From positions 1-38,278 of the IMG/VR virus record IMGVR_UViG_3300042210_000077: 38,278 bases of DNA; one strand, written 5' to 3'. The notes under the pieces were generated by a model, which had not been told where the DNA came from, searched no databases, and saw nothing but the letters and a program-made list of their open reading frames with translations. The DNA is from a virus. Lineage: Duplodnaviria; Caudoviricetes. The first letter of the stretch is position 1, and each line of letters opens with the position of its first letter. Made by a program: the position numbers and the translations under genes. Of this stretch, positions 1 through 8,447 are shown in pieces.

Positions 1-387
1 TCAGTGATTTTCTTGATATTTTTTTTGAGCCGAAATCTCTTTCTGCAATCTGTTGACCTTTTCTGTCAATTCTTCTATTAACATCTTCTGGGTGGTTATT
101 AATAAGTCTTTATCTGATCCATAACTCGATTTAGTTTCATTAACGTCATTTGTGTAATTTTTGTAGGCGTTTTTTAACATTTCTCCTTCTCCGGTCATCA
201 ACCACTCCGGGTTGATATCTCTATAAGCAGATAGAAGTTTCTCTATCGTTTCACTATTCAAGCCTTTATTGTTTTTGATGGCTTTACCGATAAGTCCGTT
301 GGAAAGCGAAGCATCAACAGTAATATTATTAGCGTTCAAACCCTTGAAATTCATGTACATTACAAGCCTGTCTATAATTGTTTTCAT
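1..387 (-). CDS. Phage repressor (CI-like, N-terminal XRE-type HTH)
   Basis: MKTIIDRL...LSNGLIGK...INPEWLMTGEGEM is typical of Bacteroidota phage repressors; divergent from the early operon; ATG at 387 preferred over the longer ORF call. Confidence 0.85.
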   Translation of the reverse strand: MKTIIDRLVMYMNFKGLNANNITVDASLSNGLIGKAIKNNKGLNSETIEKLLSAYRDINPEWLMTGEGEMLKNAYKNYTNDVNETKSSYGSDKDLLITTQKMLIEELTEKVNRLQKEISAQKKYQENH

Positions 388-449
388 AAAAACAGAAAAA
401 AATCTATATTTTTGTTTTTTATATAGAAACAAGTCTATATATTTGTTTC
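230..449. promoter_or_regulatory. Lysis/lysogeny switch: ATAGA-N6-TCTAT operators and early promoter
   Basis: Perfect palindromes GATAGA-agtttc-TCTATC (230-247) and ATATAGA-aacaag-TCTATAT (421-440), degenerate copies near 359-376 and 391-409, and TATATTTG (438-445) matching the Bacteroidota -7 box. Confidence 0.65.
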
Positions 450-462
450 AAATAATAATCAA

Positions 463-663
463 ATGTATATAAAAAATCCATACTTCACAGAAAACGAGTT
501 TTCACTACTAAAAAACAACTTCAAAAAAATAGGCGAAGCGCATGGAGTGTCAGGTCAATATGTAGGTGCCATCGCGTCAGGCCATAGGGCTGTAAACAGC
601 GAGAAAGCAAGGACGATACTTGCGTCTCTTCAAAAACTATTAAAATCAATAAAGTCATTGTAA
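463..663 (+). CDS. Ner/Cro-like HTH regulator
   Basis: 66 aa with HTH-like KKIGEAHGVSGQYVGAIASG; located between repressor and transposase as in Mu. Confidence 0.8.
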   Translation: MYIKNPYFTENEFSLLKNNFKKIGEAHGVSGQYVGAIASGHRAVNSEKARTILASLQKLLKSIKSL

Positions 664-794
664 TGATAACAATCCGCGCGTTAACGCGAAAGTGGAGATA
701 AACAATATCTCAAACGCTCGCACGATGAGTCAGGGCAAAAAAATCGTGACAGCCGGGAAAGACCGGCTTTTATCAAACAAATAAAATAATTCTG

Positions 795-2777
795 ATGTAT
801 CAATACCACCAAAACACGATCGCGATAGAAGCAAGGCTCTTATATGAGGACTTGGCTGTCATGACAGAGAGCAACTATAAGAAGATGTGTTACAAAGGCA
901 GGCTTGACAAGATACGCACAGGTGGCAACGGCAGGTCCGCGCTTATAAGATGGGAGTCGTTGGATGAGGATATCAAAGCGAAGGTTGTGGATATATACGG
1001 CGACCCGTACGCACAAGACAGCTTGCGGACGTTTATCAGCAAGTTGGAGCCGGATGAGGCGGCGGCTGACTTCTATAAGAATGCCAATCTTACCGAAGAG
1101 CGGGAGCGGCAATACTACGCCGAGGCGCAGATACTGAACGCCTACGGCAAGCTGCTCGCCGAGATGGCCGTCAAGAAGAGACGCAATCCCGGCTTCAAAG
1201 TTACCGACGCTAAACGAAAGCTCTCCAAGATTGTCAGCGAGCTGAAATCAATGAGATACCCCAACTCAGACATGCTTAGATACCCGCACAGGCTGCCAAG
1301 CAACCCGCGCTCGCTTGAGCGTAAGTACGAAGAGTACAAAGCCGGAAGCTACCAGGCGCTCATCCACGGGAACGAAGGCAACGACAACAGCAAGAAAATC
1401 AAAGACGCTATCGCCGACTGGCTGCTTGCTACCTACTGCCTGCCGAACAAGCCCAACACGACTATACTGCATCGCGAATATCGAAAGGAAGCAGCCAAAC
1501 ACGGTTGGCCGGGACTTACCGAGGCTGCTATTTACACATGGCTTCAGAAAACCGAACAACGCAAGGTGTGGGTGCTTGCCCGCCACGGCAAGGACGAATA
1601 CATCAGGCAGTTTGGCCACAAGATCGTGCGCGACCGCAGCGATTGGTTTCCGTACTGCTACCTCGCCATTGACGGCAGTAAGCTCGATTGGATTCACTAC
1701 AAAGAAGGCGGGCCTTACGGCATGGGTGCCGACATCAAGATTAACTTGGTATTTGATGTTTTTTCCGAAAAGATCATCGGGTGGGACTTCACGGATACGG
1801 AAGACCATCAGTCGCACTTCCGCACTTGGAAGATGGCGATACAGGAGTGCGGTGTGAAGCCGACGCTTATCACCTACGACAATCAATCAGGCCACAAAAT
1901 GGAAACGATGCAAGCCTTATATGACCGGCTTGTGACTCCGGAAGGCGGGCAACACTATCCGCACCGGGCAAATGAACACGGCTCACCGATTGAGCAATTG
2001 TTCGCACGATTCCAAAAGCAAGTACTAAACACGATGTGGTTCTCGGACAAGCAGGCCATCACGGTAAGGACAGCAGACAGCCGCCCGAACATGGACTTCG
2101 TGCGCCGATTCGCGCATAAGTTGAAGCCTGTAGAAGCCTTGCGTGAAGACTTCGCCTACTGTGTAGAGAAGTGGAACGCGATGCCACATCCGAAGCACGA
2201 AGCCGCGCGAAACTACGTGGCCACTTACCCGCAGACGTACAAGCTTGAAGCTGTCAATGAAATTGAAATGATGGAGCTTTTCTGGGTGACAACCAAAAAG
2301 CCATCCACCTACGAACGCGACGGCATCAGAGCTACTATTGCCAAACAAGACTATCACTTTGAAGTGTACGACATTGACGGACGTGTAGATATCGACTTCC
2401 GGGACCGGTACACAGGATCGAAATTCTTCCTTCAGTACGACCCCGATCAACTCGACAACTACGTGCGCCTATACGTGCAACTGCCGAACGGCACACGGAA
2501 GTTCGTGACCAATGCCGAGCCTGTGAAGGTCATCAAGAGCATCCCCGCGCTGATGGATGAACACGACAAGGGCAGAATGCACAAGATGACCGCCGTGAGG
2601 GACGAAGAGTTGAAGCGTGTTGAGGCCCGGTTGGAAGCCCTGCGCCACCGCACGAACATCACAGAGGAGAAGATGGTGGAGGATCAGGAGTTGGAACTGA
2701 AATTCAAAGGCAAAATACCGAAAGAAGCCCGATCGCTTGTGGAAGCAAGCGCGGGGTCGTGGACATCGAAGCTTTGA
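795..2777 (+). CDS. Mu-like DDE transposase (MuA equivalent)
   Basis: 660 aa; catalytic candidates YLAIDGS, ITYDNQS and SPIEQLF; synteny. Confidence 0.92.
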   Translation: MYQYHQNTIAIEARLLYEDLAVMTESNYKKMCYKGRLDKIRTGGNGRSALIRWESLDEDIKAKVVDIYGDPYAQDSLRTFISKLEPDEAAADFYKNANLTEERERQYYAEAQILNAYGKLLAEMAVKKRRNPGFKVTDAKRKLSKIVSELKSMRYPNSDMLRYPHRLPSNPRSLERKYEEYKAGSYQALIHGNEGNDNSKKIKDAIADWLLATYCLPNKPNTTILHREYRKEAAKHGWPGLTEAAIYTWLQKTEQRKVWVLARHGKDEYIRQFGHKIVRDRSDWFPYCYLAIDGSKLDWIHYKEGGPYGMGADIKINLVFDVFSEKIIGWDFTDTEDHQSHFRTWKMAIQECGVKPTLITYDNQSGHKMETMQALYDRLVTPEGGQHYPHRANEHGSPIEQLFARFQKQVLNTMWFSDKQAITVRTADSRPNMDFVRRFAHKLKPVEALREDFAYCVEKWNAMPHPKHEAARNYVATYPQTYKLEAVNEIEMMELFWVTTKKPSTYERDGIRATIAKQDYHFEVYDIDGRVDIDFRDRYTGSKFFLQYDPDQLDNYVRLYVQLPNGTRKFVTNAEPVKVIKSIPALMDEHDKGRMHKMTAVRDEELKRVEARLEALRHRTNITEEKMVEDQELELKFKGKIPKEARSLVEASAGSWTSKL

Positions 2778-2779
2778 TA

Positions 2780-2803
2780 ATTGAAAGATTGAAGGATTGA
2801 AAG
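2780..2803. repeat. Three tandem copies of the 8-mer ATTGAARG
   Basis: attgaaag-attgaagg-attgaaag directly after the transposase stop. Confidence 0.7.
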
Positions 2804-2843
2804 ATTTAAAAATATTATAAACGTTAATTAAAACCCTTTTAAA

Positions 2844-3701
2844 ATGGACTTAGAAATCAAAAAAACGATTGCCGCCGAAGTGTTGTGGCTTTCAGACAAA
2901 ACGAGCCAACGCTATGTGGCATCGAAAGCACAGGTGTCAAGTGCTACTATCAGCCAGATGTTGGCTGCCAATTGGGACCAAATCAGCGAGGGCATGTGGC
3001 GCAAGATCCAAAGCAACCTGCGCTTAGACTTGAAGTGGAAAGTTGCCGAAACGAGCAACCTGAAGGAGATGTACCACTATTGCGAAAGTGCGCAAAAGCA
3101 TGCCCTTGCCATCTGCATCAGCGATAATGCCGGGAAGGGCAAGAGCAACGGCTTCAAGTTTTACGACCGGACGAACAAGAACGTTATCCACCTCGAGTGC
3201 AAGACTTCATGGAGCAAGAAGTCTTTTGTCAGCCAACTGCTCATCACTATGGGTGTAGTGCCTGTCGGTACTGCCGAGGAGATGCTTGAGCAGTTCAACG
3301 AACAAGTCAAGCGGATGCATTCGCCGCTGCTGATCCTTGACCAAGCGGACAAGCTGAAAGACCCGCAACTCGACCTGTTCATGGAATTCTACAACGATCA
3401 TGAAGGCCACTTGGGCATCATCCTGTCCGGGGTAAAAGCTTTGGAAAAACGCATAGAAAGAGGCCGCCAAAGAAGCAGGGTAGGCTATGACGAGCTGTAC
3501 AGCCGTATCGGCAGCCGGTTCATCTCATTAGACCCGGTCAGACAGGCAGATGTGTCTGCCATCTGCGAAGCCAACGGCGTGCATGATGACGATGACAAAC
3601 GAGCAATTTATCAAAGTTGTGTCGGAGACCTACGACGAGTGCGCAGAGAAATACAAAAGATACACATTGACAGAAGTGCCACCCGCAAAGTGAGCGCATG
3701 A
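2844..3701 (+). CDS. MuB-like AAA+ transposition ATPase with N-terminal HTH
   Basis: Walker A DNAGKGKS, Walker B LILDQAD, ELYSRIG and GDLRRV motifs; follows the transposase. Confidence 0.9.
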   Translation: MDLEIKKTIAAEVLWLSDKTSQRYVASKAQVSSATISQMLAANWDQISEGMWRKIQSNLRLDLKWKVAETSNLKEMYHYCESAQKHALAICISDNAGKGKSNGFKFYDRTNKNVIHLECKTSWSKKSFVSQLLITMGVVPVGTAEEMLEQFNEQVKRMHSPLLILDQADKLKDPQLDLFMEFYNDHEGHLGIILSGVKALEKRIERGRQRSRVGYDELYSRIGSRFISLDPVRQADVSAICEANGVHDDDDKRAIYQSCVGDLRRVRREIQKIHIDRSATRKVSA

Positions 3702-4333
3702 TGACCGAGACAAGAGCCGTATCAGTAGATCAGCTACTCAGGAAGAAGTTCATTGAATTGCCCGTTGAGGGCGCATGGAAAGAGTTGTTAGGTTCGCCGG
3801 AGCGTTCCGGAAGTTGGTTTATTTATGGCCTTAGCGGCCACGGGAAGACCACCTTCAACATGCAATTGGCGAAGTACCTGACTCGGTTTGGCAAGGTCGA
3901 ATATGACACCCTTGAGGAAGGCGCACGCAAGAGCATGCAGGAGGCGGTGAAGGAGAACCGGATGCAAGACTGCCGCAAAGGCAGCTTCAAGATCCTTGAC
4001 AAGGTGACGATAGAAGAGCTGAGAGCCCGGCTATCGCGCAAGCGAGCTGCAAAGATCATCTTCATCGATAGTGTGCAGTACACGTTCATCGAAAAGCGGG
4101 CCTATAAGCAACTCCTGAAGGACTTCCCGGACGTGCTGTTCATTTGGATATCGCACGCTCGGGGAAAGCAACCGTTAGGCGCGTTGGCGGAAGCCATCAT
4201 GTACGATGCGGACATTAAGATACACGTCATCGGCTTCAAAGCGTACTCGAAGAGCCGGATGAGCCGAGGCGTGAAGACAAAGCCTTACACCATTTGGGAC
4301 GAAGGCGCGAAAGATTATCATGAAATTATTTAA
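3698..4333 (+). CDS. Second P-loop ATPase (RecA/Sms-like fold)
   Basis: Walker A GLSGHGKT, Walker B IIFIDS; overlaps the previous stop. Confidence 0.85.
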   Translation: MMTETRAVSVDQLLRKKFIELPVEGAWKELLGSPERSGSWFIYGLSGHGKTTFNMQLAKYLTRFGKVEYDTLEEGARKSMQEAVKENRMQDCRKGSFKILDKVTIEELRARLSRKRAAKIIFIDSVQYTFIEKRAYKQLLKDFPDVLFIWISHARGKQPLGALAEAIMYDADIKIHVIGFKAYSKSRMSRGVKTKPYTIWDEGAKDYHEII

Positions 4334-4335
4334 TT

Positions 4336-4656
4336 ATGAAAACGCACGAAATTTTAAAAATCACCGAAGAAGCCTACGAGCAAAAGGTGTTTCACCTCTA
4401 CTTCAAATGGTGCAACATCAACTCCGTGAGCGATGAGGACTTCCAAAGCCTCATTGCCAACGCCTCGATGAACCGCTGGTTCTTGAGCAACCTCGAAAGG
4501 ATAGAGAAGGAGTTTTGTGAAGACGCAACTCCATACGCAGGGCTTGACAACGCCCACGAAATAAGCATGCTTTGGCTAAAGCACACGATGAAATTACTAT
4601 TGTATTACTCTAAACCACTGATCAATGAAAGACACCAATGTATTATTGGCCGATGA
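4336..4656 (+). CDS. Hypothetical early protein
   Basis: ATG start, tightly packed in the operon. Confidence 0.7.
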   Translation: MKTHEILKITEEAYEQKVFHLYFKWCNINSVSDEDFQSLIANASMNRWFLSNLERIEKEFCEDATPYAGLDNAHEISMLWLKHTMKLLLYYSKPLINERHQCIIGR

Positions 4657-4990
4657 CACGGCCGCCGTTTTAGCCAAGAGGCAACGTGAATCGTTCAGAA
4701 GGCGGGCGAACGACCGCTGTGCCTACCTCTTCGCCGCGTTGCAATATGCGAGCCACAAGACCGCGATGCTCAACGTGTATGACCGGATGCTTATCAACCA
4801 AGAGCGGGGCGCACTCCTCCACAAGATGGACTACTCGCAAGCAGAAGAGCGGCGGGTGCCGGAGAAGGTGGAGCTGAAGCTGAAAGAGATCCACAAGATG
4901 ATGGCAGTCACAAAGTGGTCGCCGATTGGGGAGGATGAACTCAGCCCCTCCCTTGCCCTCCCCGATGGGGAGGGGATAAAGCCAAAATGA
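4625..4990 (+). CDS. Hypothetical early protein; C-terminus encoded by a REP-like repeat
   Basis: Packed ORF; ends LSPSLALPDGEGIKPK across the repeat at 4943-4976. Confidence 0.65.
   Translation: MKDTNVLLADDTAAVLAKRQRESFRRRANDRCAYLFAALQYASHKTAMLNVYDRMLINQERGALLHKMDYSQAEERRVPEKVELKLKEIHKMMAVTKWSPIGEDELSPSLALPDGEGIKPK
4943..4976. repeat. REP-like C-rich/G-rich palindromic repeat, type A
   Basis: agcccctcccttgccctccccgatggggagggga; first 23 nt match 30486-30508 at 21/23. Confidence 0.75.
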
Positions 4991-5126
4991 AATGAAAGAG
5001 ATTGATTGGGAAGACGTATCTGTCAGCGTATGCGGTCGTACAATAGAAGGAGTGAAATCCACAACCGTTAAAGAGGTTACTCACAAGCAACACCAAAAAT
5101 ATTTTAATAACTTAATATTTAGAACA

Positions 5127-5744
5127 ATGAAAATCCAACAAAAACAATCCGACCCTGTGTGGATGGATGAGTCCGGGACTGAAATCCCAACCAACCGGCT
5201 GACCAAAGCCGAGAAGATCATGGAGAAGAACTCCTACAAACTGCTCAACGTTGCCAAGAAGATCAACGGCGAGCTCGTGAGCTTCAAAGAGTTGATTTCA
5301 GAGCTCAGCAACGAAGCATTCGAGGCCTTCATGGCCGAGAAGAATGCCAAACCGACGAAAGGCAATTTCACCTGGTACAACTTCAACCGCACGATCAAGA
5401 TTGAGGTCTCGATTAGCGAGCCTATCGTGTTTGACGACCTTACTTTGAAGGCGGCGAAAGACAAGTTTGATGAATTTTTGACCCAAAATTTGGACTCGAA
5501 AAACGACTTTGTCAAGCCGATGATCATCGAATCTTTTCAAGCCACTCGCGGGAAGATTGATGTTAAACAAGTGATGAAATTGGTAAGATGGGCTGACCGG
5601 ATTGCCGATCCGCTGTTCAAAGAAGGCGCGGCGTTGGTGAACCAAGCCATCCGCAGGCCAAGCTCAAGGACTTACTTCCGGGTTTGGTGCAAGGATGCAT
5701 CCGGGCAATATCAGAATGTTGACCTCAACCTTTCAAGCATCTGA
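5127..5744 (+). CDS. DUF3164-like protein of transposable phages
   Basis: KGNFTWYNFNRTIKIEV and SSRTYFRVW..D..G.Y motifs; ATG at 5127 has an AT-rich leader; frame is open upstream to 4992. Confidence 0.8.
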   Translation: MKIQQKQSDPVWMDESGTEIPTNRLTKAEKIMEKNSYKLLNVAKKINGELVSFKELISELSNEAFEAFMAEKNAKPTKGNFTWYNFNRTIKIEVSISEPIVFDDLTLKAAKDKFDEFLTQNLDSKNDFVKPMIIESFQATRGKIDVKQVMKLVRWADRIADPLFKEGAALVNQAIRRPSSRTYFRVWCKDASGQYQNVDLNLSSI

Positions 5745-5747
5745 GGC

Positions 5748-5912
5748 ATGTCGGTATCTATCAAAAAAGTGACCGAAGACAACTATATAGTTGGCAAGAA
5801 GCATGTCATCAAGGACATGAACGGCAATTGGATTGCCGCCACCGAGCTATCGCCTGCCGAGATTGAGGCCTTTCAGAACCTTTTGGATGCGCAAAACGAA
5901 ACCGATGAGTGA
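5748..5912 (+). CDS. Small hypothetical protein (54 aa, MSVSIKKVTEDNY...)
   Basis: Translated by hand (below ORF-track cutoff); fills the operon gap. Confidence 0.65.
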   Translation: MSVSIKKVTEDNYIVGKKHVIKDMNGNWIAATELSPAEIEAFQNLLDAQNETDE

Positions 5913-6069
5913 AGGGACGATAGCAGGCCATGAGCGCGAACGCGAGCTAATGGCTAAAGCGCACAAGGCACTTGCGAAGGCGAAAGCCTTAGAAAAAAAG
6001 AAGTTCAAAAACGGGTACAAATTTGTAAAAACCGAAGACAAAACATGGAGACTCCAAGCATCACAATAG
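5905..6069 (+). CDS. Small basic hypothetical protein (MSEGTIAGHER...)
   Basis: ATG overlaps the end of the previous ORF. Confidence 0.55.
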   Translation: MSEGTIAGHERERELMAKAHKALAKAKALEKKKFKNGYKFVKTEDKTWRLQASQ

Positions 6070-6482
6070 GCCAAAAAAAGCAACTCATGCGCCTGCTCAG
6101 ATATGACGAGCAGGCCAAAGAAGAAGTGGTGGTGTCGATCACCGGGCATCCCGACAGGCACAGCCTGAGCGACCTCTCTTTTGGCGACGCGAACACGCTG
6201 ATCGAGAAGTTGGGCGGCAAGCCTTCCGTTGACTACGAATGGGCGCACTTCGACAAGTTCAACAAGCAGCACAGCTACGTGTTGAGCCTCTGTGTGCAGG
6301 CGGGTTGGACAACTATGCATCCGCGCTACGGCTACGTGGCAGACCTACGGCGGCTGTCGGACTTCTTGAAATCTGAAAGAAGCCCGGTGCAGAAGCCCCT
6401 CCGCTCGATGACGAAGGCGGAAGTGAGCAGGATCATCTATGCCTTAGAGCGCGTCACGCTTCACAAAAACGCCAAGCCATGA
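6045..6482 (+). CDS. Hypothetical protein, possibly GemA/DUF1018-like
   Basis: SLSDLSFGDANTLIEKL and LRSMTKAEVSRIIYALE helical motifs; early-region position. Confidence 0.6.
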   Translation: METPSITIGQKKQLMRLLRYDEQAKEEVVVSITGHPDRHSLSDLSFGDANTLIEKLGGKPSVDYEWAHFDKFNKQHSYVLSLCVQAGWTTMHPRYGYVADLRRLSDFLKSERSPVQKPLRSMTKAEVSRIIYALERVTLHKNAKP

Positions 6483-6640
6483 CCATGATCATCACTTACG
6501 AAAACAGCAGGTGGCTTGTCAACGGCAAGCGGCTGCAAGACCTCAACCACGATGAAGCCAACTTTTTGGATGACTTCTTCAGGGAAATGAAAAGAGAATT
6601 TGAAATAATCGAAAAAAACGAAAAACATGAACAAAATTAA
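6479..6640 (+). CDS. Small hypothetical protein (53 aa)
   Basis: ATGA overlap with the previous stop; translated by hand. Confidence 0.6.
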   Translation: MTMIITYENSRWLVNGKRLQDLNHDEANFLDDFFREMKREFEIIEKNEKHEQN

Positions 6641-6752
6641 AAAGATAGCAGCGTACATCTTGATGGGATTGCTGACTGCTTTGGCTGTCGTAGGCATTGC
6701 GATAATGATATACAATGTCATTTTTAACACCGAAAATATCACTTGGCCATGA
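6627..6752 (+). CDS. Small single-TM membrane protein (41 aa)
   Basis: MNKIKKIAAYILMGLLTALAVVGIAIMIYNVIF; stop overlaps the next ATG. Confidence 0.6.
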   Translation: MNKIKKIAAYILMGLLTALAVVGIAIMIYNVIFNTENITWP

Positions 6753-7057
6753 GAGTATATATAGCCGGCAAGGTGACGGGCGAACCGTTAGCGCAATGCA
6801 CGATGAAGTTTGGGCAAGCCCAAAAAATAATTGAAGGTAAAGGTTACGAGGCGGTCAACCCGCTCGCGCTGATCTACGATTACAAGGCAGGCCTCGGCAG
6901 AGAGGTAGAATGGAACGAGGCGATGAAAATATGCCTTATCAACCTACTCGCATGTGATGCCGTCTATGTGCTGAAAGACTGGGATAAAAGCCCCGGCGCG
7001 ATGTTAGAAGTATCGATCGCCGAAAAGTTAAAAATACAAATCATCCACGAAAAATGA
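6749..7057 (+). CDS. DUF4406-like protein (nucleoside 2-deoxyribosyltransferase-like fold)
   Basis: VYIAGKVTG, AVNP and CDAVYVLKDWDKSPGAMLE motifs. Confidence 0.85.
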   Translation: MRVYIAGKVTGEPLAQCTMKFGQAQKIIEGKGYEAVNPLALIYDYKAGLGREVEWNEAMKICLINLLACDAVYVLKDWDKSPGAMLEVSIAEKLKIQIIHEK

Positions 7058-7410
7058 AAGAAATAATCAAACGCTGGCTTATCGCCGGCACAGTCATCAG
7101 TTGGCTCATCGCCTTCGCCATCGCCGCGTGGCTGACCTATTGCGGCGACCTCTTCGCTTGGGACGACAACCGTTTCACAGCCATGTTGTTCTTTGCCTTC
7201 TTCCCGCCACTCTGCTGGCTCATTGCATCCATCGTGACGGCAGGCAACGATTATGAACAATGGGACAGGCACATCGAGCGGATCAAATGCCCGGCCTGCC
7301 TCAAGAATTGCGAGGCGGAAGTCATAAGGAGCGAGCCGTGGTATGTCTATATTCACGAGTGCGAACACTGTGGCTATTTCATCACTGAGAGCGAATGGGA
7401 AAGTGTTTAG
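7054..7410 (+). CDS. Two-TM protein with C-terminal Zn ribbon
   Basis: Two hydrophobic segments; CPAC...CEHC. Confidence 0.7.
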   Translation: MKEIIKRWLIAGTVISWLIAFAIAAWLTYCGDLFAWDDNRFTAMLFFAFFPPLCWLIASIVTAGNDYEQWDRHIERIKCPACLKNCEAEVIRSEPWYVYIHECEHCGYFITESEWESV

Positions 7411-7411
7411 G

Positions 7412-7618
7412 ATGGAAAATCTGATCCTAAACGATGTCGCCCGGTGCTGCAACCACCGCTGTGAAGCACGCGGGCAATGCCTGCGGTACCGCCAAGTGCC
7501 GATAGACAGGCTGACAGGCAATGACAAGTCGCCTGTGGTTCGGTTTGGCGAGCCCGCGAGCAAAGAGTTTTCAAAAAAATGCGGGCATTTCATTGGAAAA
7601 CATAAAAGAAAATTCTGA
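7412..7618 (+). CDS. Small Cys-rich protein
   Basis: NDVARCCNHRCEARGQCLRY...CGHF. Confidence 0.65.
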   Translation: MENLILNDVARCCNHRCEARGQCLRYRQVPIDRLTGNDKSPVVRFGEPASKEFSKKCGHFIGKHKRKF

Positions 7619-7675
7619 AAAATGGATAGCGAAGATAAAGCTTTTGATGAGGATTAATAACTAAACTTAACAAAA

Positions 7676-8008
7676 ATGGAAACAAAATTGATTATAAACT
7701 GCCTTAAACAAACGTTAACCGAATTAAGGGATGAAAAATACCAACAAGAGAAAAACGGACTTTATAAAGCAGCAATTGACTTTGTAAATATGCTAGAAGA
7801 AGCATTAATTATAGATGGTGTTAGCAACTGTGAAACAAAGCCAAAACTTAACAGATTGGAAACCGAGTTAGGTAAACTGCAAAAGGTACATGGTGAGACT
7901 ACTAAACATTTTGAAGTGCATAGCGGTTGTGATAGCTTTAAGTTTAAAGATGGTGCAGTTTACCGTGTGAAAATAGAAAGAAACCAAACAAAGGCAACAC
8001 TTGATTAG
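7676..8008 (+). CDS. AT-rich hypothetical protein reading through a GTTAGC core site
   Basis: 110 aa; GTTAGCAAC at 7820-7828 lies inside the ORF (GVSN). Confidence 0.7.
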   Translation: METKLIINCLKQTLTELRDEKYQQEKNGLYKAAIDFVNMLEEALIIDGVSNCETKPKLNRLETELGKLQKVHGETTKHFEVHSGCDSFKFKDGAVYRVKIERNQTKATLD

Positions 8009-8015
8009 TTTTATT

Positions 8016-8156
8016 GTTGCTAACGTTTAGTGTATCATTCAGTAAGGGATTGCGCGGCAGTTCCTGTCGAAATACACCAACGTTTGAGCGGATTACAAAC
8101 TTTTAATTATGCACTGAAACCCTTATTGATGATACACTTTGTTAGCGTTTCGTGCT
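8016..8156. repeat. attC-like imperfect palindrome (GCTAAC...GTTAGC)
   Basis: Left arm gctaac-gttt-agtgtatcattcagtaaggg pairs with right arm cccttattgatgatacact-tt-gttagc, with an internal bubble and an unpaired base. Confidence 0.75.
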
Positions 8157-8186
8157 TTATTTCAGATTATTAACAACTTAATTTAT

Positions 8187-8402
8187 ATGAGAACAGTAAC
8201 ATTTTTTGAAGAAGGGGATAAAGTGAAAATCCTTGAAGATTGGAGATATTGGAGAAAAGGTGAAATTGCAATTGTAGATAAAACTTCATGGGAGCGTGGA
8301 TTCGGCTCTAATCAATTTTTAACCTTAAAATCAGAAACAAATACAAAGGCAATGAATGATGTTAGAACGGTGTATGCGTATCTATGTGAGTTTGTTTCTT
8401 AG
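8187..8402 (+). CDS. Cassette-borne hypothetical protein (71 aa, KOW/SH3-like start)
   Basis: FEEGDKVKIL...GEIAIV; AT-rich; bracketed by inverted repeats. Confidence 0.7.
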   Translation: MRTVTFFEEGDKVKILEDWRYWRKGEIAIVDKTSWERGFGSNQFLTLKSETNTKAMNDVRTVYAYLCEFVS

Positions 8403-8447
8403 CATGAACGCTAACTAGTAAATATCACCAAAAACATATAAGTTTTC

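Noticed and set aside
2780-2810. CRISPR or iteron array
   Set aside because: Only three 8-mers with no spacers; a simple tandem repeat.
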